Source of the DNA: Oikopleura dioica
Taxonomy: Eukaryota > Animalia > Chordata
Reading direction: 5' to 3'
Length of the DNA: 64,000 nt
Assembly (NCBI GenBank): GCA_907165135.1
Contig: OU015570.1
Location: forward strand, 2,129,929-2,193,928
The notes beneath the pieces are model-generated. The model searched no databases, was not told where the DNA came from, and saw only the letters and a program-made list of their open reading frames with translations. Shown piece by piece: positions 24,434 to 36,256 of this stretch. The first letter of the stretch is position 1. Each line of letters begins with the position of its first letter. Both the position numbers and the translations under genes were made by a program.

Positions 24434-24650
24434 TAGGGACCGAACGCAAATCAGGGGTCAAAATTTTAAATCGCTTGAAATGAAAATTTACAATAGTAAA
24501 TCGAGTATGGCGATCATTTTCTTTCATTACAGTAACCCCGAAAAATGTCCGGAAGACCGAGAAAATCACTGCTCTAACCCTAATTTGGCCATTTTGAGAG
24601 TGAAAGAGTCGATGCTTAAGTTTTGGCACCAAAAAATCGATGGGAATTGA
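24434..24650 (+). mobile_element. Left end of a hAT-type element (family of 46996-48711)
   Basis: TAGGGACCGAACGCAAAT terminus plus ~200 bp of homology to 46996-47200. No right end found. Confidence 0.8.
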
Positions 24651-25219
24651 TCAAAGGATGAAAATGCCAAAAATGAAGGTAGGTTTCCAACTGCCTCTTG
24701 TTAAGCAAGCATTTTAAAGTCTTCGAGCTTGAAAAATCGAAAAAATGAAAAAAGAGGAATCGAGCTCGCGCCCTCATGCGAACCCAGCAGAAGCGATATC
24801 CACTAGGCCAGCAGTGTTGATGCATGAGGCTTACATTAACCAGGATTTATACTTGTTTTTGATTATTCTCAGAACATGACAGACCTTCTCATTGATCGTT
24901 TGCCAGTTAACAGAGTCGGCGAAGAAATCATCATGGGTAGACTGTAATCAGTTTGAGTAAATTAAGCTTTCAAAGAAACGAGCTTAAAATCCGCGGAAAA
25001 AGGTTTATGTCTGCGAGACGCGAGTCTATGAGACCTGGGCCGGTACTGTTACGTTTATTACGTAACATGTACTAATGTAAGGTTCTCTTTCGAGAGTGAT
25101 CTTATGCCGCAACGCGAAATTTTGCAACATGGCATTTCTGCGAAATTTTTTCTGTTATTTTTAATAATTAAGAGAATAATATAATTCAGTTTAGAGAAAT
25201 TGCTAAATATTTTATCCTC

Positions 25220-25682
25220 GCCAAATACATGAAGAAATTCTTCATCCGTCACGACAAGAAAACCGACTTCTGGAAGTTTTTCGCTGGTTTGTTGGCCGCT
25301 GGTGATGCCGCCGGTGCTACATCCATGGCTTTCGTCTATCCCCTCGACTTTGCCAGAACTTGATTGAGCGCTGATGTCGGGTAGGTGACCGAAAAGCATG
25401 TACTTTAGAAGTTTATGCGTGAGTTCAGAGCGCTTCTGATCGACAATTCAACGGAATCCGCGACTGTATGAGAAAGATCTACAAGGCCTACGGTATCACC
25501 GGTCTCTACCAAGACTTAACCATCTTAGTATTCGGAATCATCATCTACAGAGCTTGCTTCTTCGTCTCTACCATAGAATGAAGGTAAAAAATTCCGACAA
25601 AACTCTTAAACAAGCTCTTTAGGGCTCTCAACGAATGTACAGCGGCTCTATCGACTGCGCTAGAAAAATCCTCGCCAACGAA
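25220..25682 (+). pseudogene. ANT: ADP/ATP translocase (SLC25A4-like) pseudogene fragment
   Basis: [73 protein letters not shown]. In-frame TGA at 25361. Confidence 0.88.
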
Positions 25683-25740
25683 CTCAAGCAGTTTAGCTGT
25701 TAACTCTCAGGCTGACAAAGAATTAATATCATTATTTATT

Positions 25741-28565
25741 TACATTTCATTTATTTAGCAGAAGCTTTTCGCCATTACGGCTTCTTCAGTGCTACAGAGA
25801 AATAGTTGGAAAATCAGAAACATAAAAAAAGCTGTTACCTTAAGTGATGCAAAGACAGAACTGATTGGAAAATCGAAAACAACTACCACAATCACTGGTG
25901 TTCTAGAGATTTTTCAAAAAGAAAAACAACAATAAGCGCCGAAATGTTGACAATGAGACAGGGGCAACCTTTTTCCGCGCGTAAAAGCCCCTGTCTCGAT
26001 ATAAAATCTTCAAACAAAACTTATACTCTCATGATGGACTTGAATATTGAGATCAGGCCTATCGAGAACAATATGGACTGCCTCTAATTTCTTCCTTTCT
26101 CTGAGATCTAAGTTACGCTCAAGGATTTTAAATCTTGATTGAAAAAAACTTTTTGGGTCAAGCCCAGATTCATTCATTTCCTTCTGGTACCTTTCGCATT
26201 CGATTATATGCAAGTACGGTTTTCCCCTGTGTGAAGGGGTAAAATGTTGATTGATTCTAGCTCTGACATTAATCGTCTCACCGATGTAACTGGAAGGACA
26301 ACAACAATTAAATTTATAGATCGCATTAACGGCCGAAAGAGGGTCTTTCTCACTATAAAGCTTTGATATTATCGTGTTCCTTAGATTAAGTGTTTTATGA
26401 GAAATTCTTAGATTAAAATCCGGGGACACTGATTTGACGAGTTTCTTTAAATCGCTTGCGACTTTTGACACTCTTTCACTCGTATAAGGTATTGGTAAAC
26501 AATGATTTCTATCAGGATTATCAGATATTTCCTCTCCCCAATTTATCTTATTTTCTGAGTCATTTGTCCCATTTGCATGGGCTTTTGCGGAATCAATAGT
26601 TTTTGATGTGTATCCAAGAGTTTCAAATTTTTTCGAAAGATCATTAAAAGCTTTTTCAAGCTGTTCTGGCTCTGAATTTCGCATTTTGGCCCTAATAAAT
26701 TCTGATTTTAAAATTCCGATTTTCATATTTTTCGGCGCTACTGCCGTTTTAGAATCCATAGTGACAGATTCTTTTGGAGCACTTTTAATTTCAAGTTTGT
26801 TACTTTTTTGACTTTCATAGATGCAAAAATCAAGAAATTTTAGTTCTTTATTTTTGGGCAAATCTAGCTCATAGATAATCGATGGATGAAAATTTTTGAA
26901 TCTTTCTGTGATTATATGTTGTGATCCCTTTGGAGCAAAAATGAGACAATCGTCACAGTATCTAAAATAATTCAGAATAAGTCCTTCAGACTTCATTTTT
27001 TCAATTTCTTTATTTTCTATTCGATGTAAAAAATAATTGGCCAGAATTGGACTTGTGATATCTCCCATCGAAAGTCCTTTTGACTGTCTAAAATAATTTC
27101 CATTTACTTCAACAGCTGTAAAATGGGTAAGTGTTTTTGTAAGCATGATTTTAAGAAGATGCTTCGGTATTGGTGGTAAAAGTTTACCGTCAGAATCACG
27201 ATATCTTGGGAGCATTTTTACAGCGCGATTGCGCACATAAATTTCATCAAGACAAAAATCAATAAGAGTTTTTGTGCAAACTGATGGAAATAATTTTTTT
27301 TACATCTAATGAAAAAACTTCTATTTGATCATTCGGAAAAGATTTGGATTTAAACCACTTAGCAAAATCTTGGCTTGATTGTATGCCATTCCCTGTAGGA
27401 AACTTTTCAAAAATTGACATAAAAAATTTTTTTGATAGATTTGTTCCTATTGAATTTTGTTGATTAACGATAGGGCGAATTGGAAAATCTTCTCCAAAAT
27501 TTTCTTTGTGCGTTTTAAAAAGAGCGTATGATGTCTTTAATTGTGCGAGTGGTTGCATTTGTATACGGAAACTGTGTTTGTTAATCGAAGGGTATTTTGA
27601 CTGAAAATCACGAATAATTTTGACTGAATTATCATTTGAAAAACATTTTGAGAGAGACTCATGTATCAAAATAGCGCGTCCTTTGAGGTGAAATCGAGAA
27701 ATTGGATTAATGCCGGCTTTTTCCAAATGTTTGTTCCATTTGGAAAGGAATGAATCAAAACTACCCATAAGTTTTAAAGAATGCGGTTTCCCGCCATAGG
27801 GAAATCGGGGCCCACGTGTTAATATTGTTTCTTCTGATTGTGGAAGTGTTATCGAGGTGCAATTAACAATGGTAAATTTAGAAGGTTCAGTTTTTGAGAA
27901 TTTACGAAGTTTTTCTAATTTAGCATTTCTTGCACGATCACGTGAACGTTCAAGATGGGTAACTCGAGAAATAATAGAGTTTTTAAGTTCAGTAATGACA
28001 GAAAAAGAAAAATTGTTTCTAGAACATATTTGTGCCAATTGTTTTTCGAAAAGCGTATTTACCATGAGAAGATGATCTTCAGCGGATTTGATCTTTTCGT
28101 CCAGTAGTCGACGTCGTTCTTTCAGAATTTTTTTCTTTGTTCCATCTCGTGTACTTTAAAACAGCAGCTGGTATATACGTGCATCTTGGAAGCAGGTTTT
28201 CATCTTTGCATTCAGTTAAGAATAGCAGGTGTTTCTGGTTACGATGTACTTTCGTGAATCGTTGATCCAAATATTTCTTTGTTCGTCGGTCAATGGTCAT
28301 TATCGTTTCTTTAGTTGCCCCTGTCTCATTGTCAACATTTCGGCGCTTATTGTTGTTTTTCTTTTGAAAAATCTCTAGAACACCAGTGATTGTGGTAGTT
28401 GTTTTCGATTTTCCAATCAGTTCTGTCTTTGCATCACTTAAGGTAACAGCTTTTTTTATGTTTCTGATTTTCCAACTATTTCTCTGTAGCACTGAAGAAG
28501 CCGTAATGGCGAAAAGCTTCTGCTAAATAAATGAAATGTAATTGAACTCTCGTCAACTAAAGAAA
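25741..28565 (-). mobile_element. Penelope-like element with a 228-bp inverted terminal repeat
   Basis: 25741-25968 is the reverse complement of 28313-28540. Candidate 11-bp TSD CATTATTTATT at 25730 and 28566. Confidence 0.88.
26010..28492 (-). pseudogene. PLE reverse transcriptase + GIY-YIG endonuclease (frameshifted)
   Basis: KTHK..PIRPIV, SLDVKK, GLSMGDITSPILAN, RYCDD, then AIYKFNC..YIGET..RINQH. Three ORF pieces. The region before KTHK looks internally shortened. Confidence 0.92.
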
Positions 28566-28717
28566 CATTATTTATTTATTGTATTAACATGCATAATAAT
28601 ATTGTATTGTTATAATAGATTTTTTCTAAAAATTTAAAACTAAAAGAAAGAATTTCTCTAGTTGTAAAACATTTTGGAACAATATTCGGCATATTTTTGG
28701 TGGTTGAATGCTCTTAA

Positions 28718-29660
28718 GGGATCCCCCCTGATTTCTGAGCTTACGTAGGAAGCTGGTTTTGGGCGCATTAGAAAGCCCGCTTCGAAAGGAGCAAATTCTG
28801 GTAGAATCAGCTTGCCAGCAAAACATTCGCTTAGATGAAATTAAAAAACATCATTTAAGGCAAAATTTTTCAAAAAAATTTTATTGCTGCATTTGAAAGA
28901 GTAAAAAATTCTGAGTCAAATGAACTACTTCCGGCTCTATAAATTTACAAAATGACGTCATTATGAGTCATTCTGCTCAAAAACTTTTGGGCCGATTTTG
29001 AAGGGGTTTTCGATGGATTTTTTCGGAGTTCTTAGGCTCATGAAAATCGCCATCGAAAATTGAGGTGGGGTTTTGAAGCATTTTGAGAAATATTAAGGGA
29101 ACCACCCTCAATTATCGGATAATCAGCATTATCGGATAATTGAATAAAAAAATTCTAGTTGTAAAACTTTTTGAAACCATTTTTAACGTTATTTGAGTGT
29201 TAGAATGCTCTCTAGCGCCAACAACTGGCCAGAAATTCTAGTGCGGTTATTATATTCGTAATCTTCACATTCTAAGCTTTCGAAAGAGCCCTTGGTTGTG
29301 TTATTTGGATGACAATGAAAAATCGAAAAAATTGCGATTTTCACGCTTAGTACAATTAATATGCATTTTCATGAACTTTGGGAGCCAAAATTTTGGGGAT
29401 GCATTTATGTAAAGGGGTACTATGATATATCAAAATGATCCTCAGAATACGAGGAATATAATCATAGGCGATAATGACCGGTGCCAAAGTTTTGAAAAAT
29501 CGGGGGGGGGGTGATCCCTAAAGCGCCAACAAATGGCCGAAAATTCTAGTGCAGTTATTATATCCGTATTCGAAACTTTTCAATCTTTCAAAAATCCCCT
29601 TATTTGTCCTCTTTTGATAACGACAAAAAATTGAAAAAAATTGCGATTTTCGTGCTAAGT
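28718..29660. mobile_element. Cluster of truncated TTAA-GGG (Kolobok-like) MITE pieces
   Basis: TTAA|GGGATCCCC at 28718, TTAA|GGGAACC at 29097. Internal homology to 41150-41470 and 60276-60410. Confidence 0.65.
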
Positions 29661-29664
29661 GCAT

Positions 29665-31875
29665 TCAATTCAGTCAGAGACGGGGCCTAGCCGACCGGAA
29701 AGGGAGGCCTCTCTAACAGTCCACTTCAACCAATACAGTCATGTACTTGGCCAAGCCGACCCGAGAGGGAGGTGAGCTCATTTCATTCAATACGGTCAGG
29801 TACGTGGCCAAGCCGACCCGAAGGGGAGGCCAGTTCATTCCATTCAATACAGTCATGTACGTTGCCAAGCCGACCCGAAGGGGAGGTCAGTTCATTTCAA
29901 TCAATACGGTCAGGTACGTGGCCAAGCCGACCCGAAGGGGAGGTCAGTTCATTTCAATCAATACGGTCAGGTACGTGGCCAAGCCGACCCGAAGAGGAGG
30001 CCAGTTCATTTCAATCAATACAATCAGGTACGTGGCCAAGCCGACCCGAAGGGGAGGCCAGTTCGTTACATTCAATACAGTCAGGTACGTGGCCAAGCCG
30101 ACCGGAAGGGGAGGCTAGTTCGTTTCATTCAATACAGTCAGGTACGCGGCCAAGCCGACCCGAAGGGGAGGCAAGTTCATTTCATTCAATACAGTCAGGT
30201 ACGTGGTCAAGCCGAGCCGAAGGGGACGGCAGCTCATCTCAATCAATTCAGTCTTATACGTGGCCAAGGCGACCTGAAGAGAAGGCCAATTCATTTCAAT
30301 CAATTCAGACTTGTACGTGGCCAAGCCGACCCGAAGGGGAGGCCAGTTCATTACATTCAATACAGTCAGGTACGTTGCCAACCCGACCCGAAGGGGAGGC
30401 CAGCTCATTTCAATCAATACAGTCAGGTACGTGGTGAAGCCGACCCGAAGGGGAGGCCAGTTCATTTCATTCAATACAGTCATGTACGTTGCCAAGCCGA
30501 CCCGAAGGGGAGGCCAGTTCATTTCAATCAATACAGTCAGGTTCGTGGTCAAGTCGACCCGAAGCGGAGGCCAGTTCATTTCAATCAAAACAGTCAGGTA
30601 CGTGGCCAAGCCGACCCGAAGGAGAGACCAGTTCATTTCAATCAATACAGTCAGGTACGTGGTCAAGCCAAAGAAGCGGAGGCCAGTTCATTTCAATTAA
30701 TTCAGACTTGTACGTGGTCAAGCGGAGCCGATGGGGAGGCCAGTTCATTTCAATCGATACAGTCAGGTACGTGGCCAAGCCGACCCGAAGGGGAGGCCAA
30801 TTCATTTCATTCAATACGGTCAGGTACGTGGCCAAGCTGACCCGAAGAGGAGGCCAGTCCATTTCAATCAATTCAATCAGGTACGTTGCCAAGCCGACTC
30901 AAAGGGGAGGCCAGTTCATTTCGATCAATACAGTTAGGTACGTGGCCAAGCCGACCCGAAGCGGAGGCCAGTTCATTTCAATCAATTCAGGCCAGTTCAA
31001 GGTGCCCAGCTTCGGCTTCAGTTCATTCGATACAGTCAGAGACGGGGCCATGCCGACCCGAATGGGGCGCCACCCACTACATTCAATTCGGTCAGAGCCG
31101 GGGCCAAGCAGACCCAAATGAGGCGCCACTCAAGCACATTCAATTCGTTCAGAGCCGGGGCCAAGCGGACCCGAAGGGGGCGCCACTCAAGCACATTCAA
31201 TTCATTCAGAGACGGGTCCAAGCCGACCTAAAAGGGGCGCCACCAACACCATTCAATTCGGTCAGAGCCGGGGCCAAGCCGACCCAAATGGGGCGCCACT
31301 CAAGCACATTCAATTCGGTCAGAGCCGGAGTCAAGCGGACTCGAAGGGGGCGCCACTCAAGCACATTTAATTCATTCAGAGACGGGTCCAAGCCGACCCG
31401 AAAGGGGCGCCACTCAAGCACATTCAATTCAGTCAGAGCCGGAGCCAAGCCGACGCAAAGGGGAGGCCACTCAAGCACATTCAAATCAGTCAAAGCCGGG
31501 AGGATGCTGATCCGAAAGGGGCGCCATTCAAACACATTTATTTCAGTCAGAGCCGGGGCCAAGCCGACCCAAAAGGGGCGCCACTCAAGCACATTCAATT
31601 CGGTCAGAGCCGGGGCCAAGCCGACCCGAAAGGGGCGCCACTCAAGCACAATCAATTCGGGCAGAGTCGGGGCCAAGCCGACCCAAAAGGGGCGCCACTT
31701 AAGCAAACTCAATTCAGTCAGAGCCGGGGCAAGCCGACCCGAAAGGGGCGCCACTCAAGCACATTCAATTCGGTCAGAGCCGGGGCCAAGCCGACCCGAA
31801 AGGGGCGCCACTCAAGCACATTCAATTCGGTCGGAGCCGGGGCCAAGCCGACCTAAAGAGGAGGCCACTCTATCA
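29665..31875 (+). repeat. 57-bp minisatellite, ~38 units, two subfamilies
   Basis: Type A (AATACAGTCAGGTACGTGGCCAAGCCGACCCGAAGGGGAGGCCAGTTCATTTCAATC) ~29730-30985. Type B (AATTCGGTCAGAGCCGGGGCCAAGCCGACCCGAAAGGGGCGCCACTCAAGCACATTC) ~31025-31870. Confidence 0.95.
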
Positions 31876-32120
31876 CATTCAGCTCGTATGATTTTTCTTA
31901 TAAAATGTTTCTGCTTAACTCTATATTATTATTGTGGTTGTCAATGAATCATTCACTGAAATAATTATTATCCGAAACTGAATTAATAAAAGATTTAATT
32001 CTAGACATATTTCAAGCTAACAATAATGCTTGTCATTACTCGTGAAACACTTGTGTCTCTATTCGCTGACGTATCGCATTCGAGATCTTCTGAAAATCTT
32101 CTCTTGGTGTGGGCGAGTTA

Positions 32121-32752
32121 CAAATAAATCATTAACTAAAACGTGTAATCTCTGACTGCTTTTTCGGCCATTTTAAAGTCAATGGTTTGGCAGTGTCGGC
32201 TCCTTCTGTCATTTGAACTTGAGGTTCTTCTTCAATCTCCATCGCCGACGGACCATCATGGTCGGAGCTCTTCTGCTTTTAATCTGATTCCTAGATATTT
32301 AATTTACCTATTCCTACAAAGGCTAGAAAATGTACCCTGAGCCTCAGTGACTGAGGCATGTCTTCCCCATCATTTTCCTTCGGATTATCTATTAGATCTC
32401 CATGACAGTCTTTCTCCCATCCTTTCTTTTTGAGCCTTCACCAGAATCTGCGCATATTTTTTCTTCTAAGCCAAAGACATGTGTTTTTCTTTTCTTCTCC
32501 TGACATTTTGAAGAATGAAAGAGATCAGATTAAGAAAAAACGCTCGAGGAAAATCCTGAAAAAATCACTCACGTTCTCATCTTGATATACAAATACTTTT
32601 GCTTCTAGATCTTTTCTGTTTCATACTTTCGAAATTCCCTGAAAAATGAAAATAACCACTGTCATCCTATATCGATAGGAAAATTTCCAATTTAAGAGCG
32701 TTTTGAGCAAACCCTGTCATCTAAAAAACGCTCTTAAAATGGAAAACCACGG
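32121..32752 (-). mobile_element. One-ended inverted copy of the 20888 element
   Basis: Reverse complement of 20888-21519 with very few mismatches. Ends CCACGG|TA. Confidence 0.9.
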
Positions 32753-33407
32753 TATCTAGATATCCTGCTTGCCTACACTGACGAGGTAGCTAGAAGCGGA
32801 AAGAAGTCGCTATTCTACCGAAAATTGAGGGATATCCAGGCAATTTTTCAGCCGAATAAGGAAAAAAGCATGCTTTTTTGACAGTTTATCGTTTGTACAT
32901 GACTTTTAAAGCGGCAAGCAGGATTATATTACATCTAATGAAAGCTTAGACACTCAGCTTTCTCACAAATGAGATCATATGACCTCTCGAGCGAGTATAC
33001 GGATGTCCCGGGCGATTTAAGAGTTCTAGTGCCTATTTTGGGACTTCCGGGCCCCCGAATTGCCTTGCGGGCATGACCCAGACCCCTCGATATGGTGCCC
33101 AAATTAAAGGTCAGGTCCTGGGCTTTCTGAAACTGTATCATATGACTCCTGAATCAAATTATAAAAAAGGGTATATATTTTCAATAATAAGCCTATCAAT
33201 ACGGATCTCTCTCTAACGAGAGTTGCTTTCGTGAAAAAGATCTTCTCAGTCCTTACCCAGGAGTGCCAGGACGAAGTCATCAAGACCTGGAGGCAGCTGG
33301 TTGCAGTGGAAGAGAACACGAATAGGTTCGAACTCCCAATGGTTATATTTGGACTTTATTACCCTTTTATATTTGAATCGATCTTGATTTTCATTAATAG
33401 ATATTAA

Positions 33408-33826
33408 CCCTCTGCGTGACGATCAGAAGTACCCCTATGCGTGACGCGGGTGCATTCAGTGCACCCGGCCCATCTAGAACAATTTTTCCTCTTTTTTGCC
33501 AATTTTCGAAGAAAAACAGCCCGAATTCGCTGTTGTTATTGTCTCCGAGACCGAAATACCCACTTCTTCGGCGGCGAAAGGGGCTCGAAGTTACGTAACT
33601 TGCATCAAAATAGCTGTTCTCGAGACGAAAAATAGCAAAATTACGACAATTTTTACGTTTTTAGCTTACTAAAGAAGATTTTTCTAAAATTTTACGAAGC
33701 AGGTTAGACGTGTTTTTTGACGTAGATTCTTATTCTTTTTTAATTTTTGAATTCAGGAAAATTGAGAGAGAAAAGGACAGAAAACCTTGAGCGGGTGCAC
33801 TGAATGCACCCGCGTCACGCATAGGG
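33408..33826. mobile_element. piggyBac-type MITE
   Basis: TTAA|CCCT...AGGG|TTAA, TIR CCCTATGCGTGACGCGGGTGCATTCAGTGCACCCG, left end partially doubled. Confidence 0.8.
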
Positions 33827-34573
33827 TTAACTTATATTAATAAAAACAAAATTTTTGTTTTTATTTAATGATTCCAATATAAAGATTTGGCTGACAGGGG
33901 TCGACCTGAAATTCATAAGTGAAAGTCGCAAGCTACAATTTTTTGGAAGCGAAAAACGAACGATGTACCGCATTTTCATTAAAAAAAGATCGACGTACCG
34001 CATCTTCACAAGCCAAAATGTGCGTTCAAAAAATTTTCTCCGGCAAAAATGATCGACGTACCGCATTTTTGCAAAAAAAAACGATCGATGTGCCGCATTG
34101 GCCGATAAACCGCAAGACGGTAAGGAGTTGCGTTTGGGTTTTATTTCCACTTGTTTTAGTTCTCTTTGCACTGAAGATGGCTTAAAGTAGCCGAATGGTA
34201 TATTTACATGTAATTATTTTTAAAGAAAAAAAAATCGATTAATACAATTAAAAGGACTATATAATAACATCAGTATGCAAGAAATTTCTGTTGCTTCAAT
34301 AATCTTTGCCAAGATTTGGAATAGCACTTTTTTCTGGCTTCTTCCTTTATTTTGGATAATCTTTATTAGTCGACTGGAAATAATTTTTTTCTATCAGCCT
34401 AAACTAACTTCCTAAAGTTCCCAGATTAGAAAAAAAATCGAATCTTGGAACCGGGTTACGAACCAATATTTGAGTTCAAATGACATAAAATTGCACATGT
34501 TTAATTATTTAATCTAGAAATAGAGTGAAAAGCTTCAAGGAAATCTTTTATATAATATAAAAGATTTAAATTA

Positions 34574-34795
34574 CAGTCAGGTCTTGCAATTGCGCGAACT
34601 GCAATTGCGCGGTTTTCGGCGAAAATCCCGAAAATTTTGCATTTTCCAAAAATGCTTTTTTTCATAGTAAAAAGAAAAGAGGCGAAAAAGGTCAATTAAA
34701 TTGTCCCATTTTCAAAAAAAATTGACGGCTTGCAATTACGCGGTTTTTGGTGAAATTCCCGAAAAATAAAACCGCGCATTTGCAAGACCTGACTG
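34574..34795. mobile_element. Tc1/mariner-type MITE (222 bp), copy 2
   Basis: Same sequence as 20060-20281, TA TSD. Confidence 0.92.
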
Positions 34796-36030
34796 TATAT
34801 AAAAGATATAAATTATATTCCAAAAAATTGCTGAGAAGGGGGTCGAGCAGATGGCTAAAATTTTGGATCGATCAATGATCAATTCTCTCTTTGATTAAAT
34901 ACCGATGAAAGTAGGGGTTGCCCTGGACTCGAGCCCAAATAAGCGAGACCAAGTGTTCGTGTTTCGCTTTTTCATTAAGCGGAGGACCACGCGGAGCCGT
35001 TTGATGCACGGTTCTACTGCAGCGCACAAGATCACTCTTTGGTGCTAGGGAAGTACGTCCGACATTCCTGCTAAAAATCTTATATTTATTTAAATTTGTC
35101 TTCACTTTTGTGGCTTATCCGCGGCTGAGCTTGATTCAAATCTCAGGCTCAATGCACCCTTGATTATGTTTACTCAGAACTCACACCGAGTCTTTGCGCG
35201 AACTTCGGCCCAGTAGCTGTCTCTGCAGGCTACTGCTCGCTCGCAGTATTAACTCGGAACGCGTCGCGGCAAAAGCTTCTCCCCGTGACCCTTTGCGTGA
35301 TGCTTTGCCGCTGCGCTGCTAATTGGCTCTTCTATTCTTCTCTTTTGAATTTTCAAAGCGTGATAAGTTCTTTCTCGGGAGTTCTTGCGAACTCAGGTCT
35401 ACGTCTTAGAAGAGCTGTTTTGAATCTTGAATCTTGTAGTCGTAGTGTATTGTCTCTTTAGTCGTACACGCAAAGACCCAAGTATAAAAAACCAGATCAG
35501 GAATTTGACTTTCTTCACGAGACTGAATCATTGTACTTAGTACAGTCTATTCGGTGAGCGAAGTAATCGGTTCCACGATAACAGATTGGACACGGTAGCT
35601 AACACCAAAACTTGCGCTGTCACCACCCTGGAGTGACTCTGTCAAGGTCTACCCTGATCTATAGCGGACTCTTTAAGAATCTTTTTGATTCGGTTCTCGG
35701 CGTATAGGTTTTATCACCTAGCGGGGAATAAAAAGATCCGTCTACGGCGCAAAGACGAAAAACTATCCGAACGCGGCCTAGCGTATAGGCGATTCCCTGT
35801 GACATCGTTCACATTCCCCTGAAATACCTGGAGAAGGTTTAGTTGACGCATTAGCAGTAAGCATGAGCAACAGCATAAGCAGTTAACTTACACTTTTCTT
35901 TTTAGCTAGGCCCAAAAATATGTCGACTTATTATTCAAAATCGACATTTGATCTCTCCAAAAAGGAGCTCTTGTTACGACTCACTTCCTGGTCGTACTTA
36001 CCCAACTAAGCATTCGACAACAGACAAGGC

Positions 36031-36256
36031 TGATGTGTGTTGACATAAAGTCTCCAATTAATCGCCCGGGCAACCTAGATTAATTAGCACACTTCCGCTC
36101 TTTATCAACTGTGCGCACCTTAATCAGCTGCTTTCCCGCGCTTCTCCCTGTGCAAGATCCAAATAGTATTATTCAATAAAGTGAGCTTGAAAGAGTTGGA
36201 CGACTTTCTATCACTAAGAATCAATACAATACAATAGGCATTACCAAATTGTATCA
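36031..36256 (+). repeat. 5' LTR of element A
   Basis: 225/226 identical to 52103-52328, contains AATAAA. Confidence 0.95.

Noticed and set aside
28040-28090. Hammerhead-like CTGAAGA...GAAA in the PLE
   Set aside because: No stem II between the boxes, and the sequence reads as coding (SAEDHLLMVN).
31025-31870. Twister-ribozyme resemblance (GCCGG..CCAAGCC..GGGG)
   Set aside because: The P4 stem cannot pair and the conserved L1 UAA context is missing.
29665-31875. CRISPR-like array
   Set aside because: No unique spacers, no cas genes, eukaryotic context.
29741-31947. Many long ORFs on both strands (up to 353 aa) with 19-aa periodicity
   Set aside because: A by-product of a 57-bp (3n) repeat lacking stops in several frames. 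Frames are broken by indels and stops across the array.
33230-33320. Coding-looking fragment KKIFSVLTQECQDEVIKTWRQL
   Set aside because: Too short, with no recognisable domain or gene structure.
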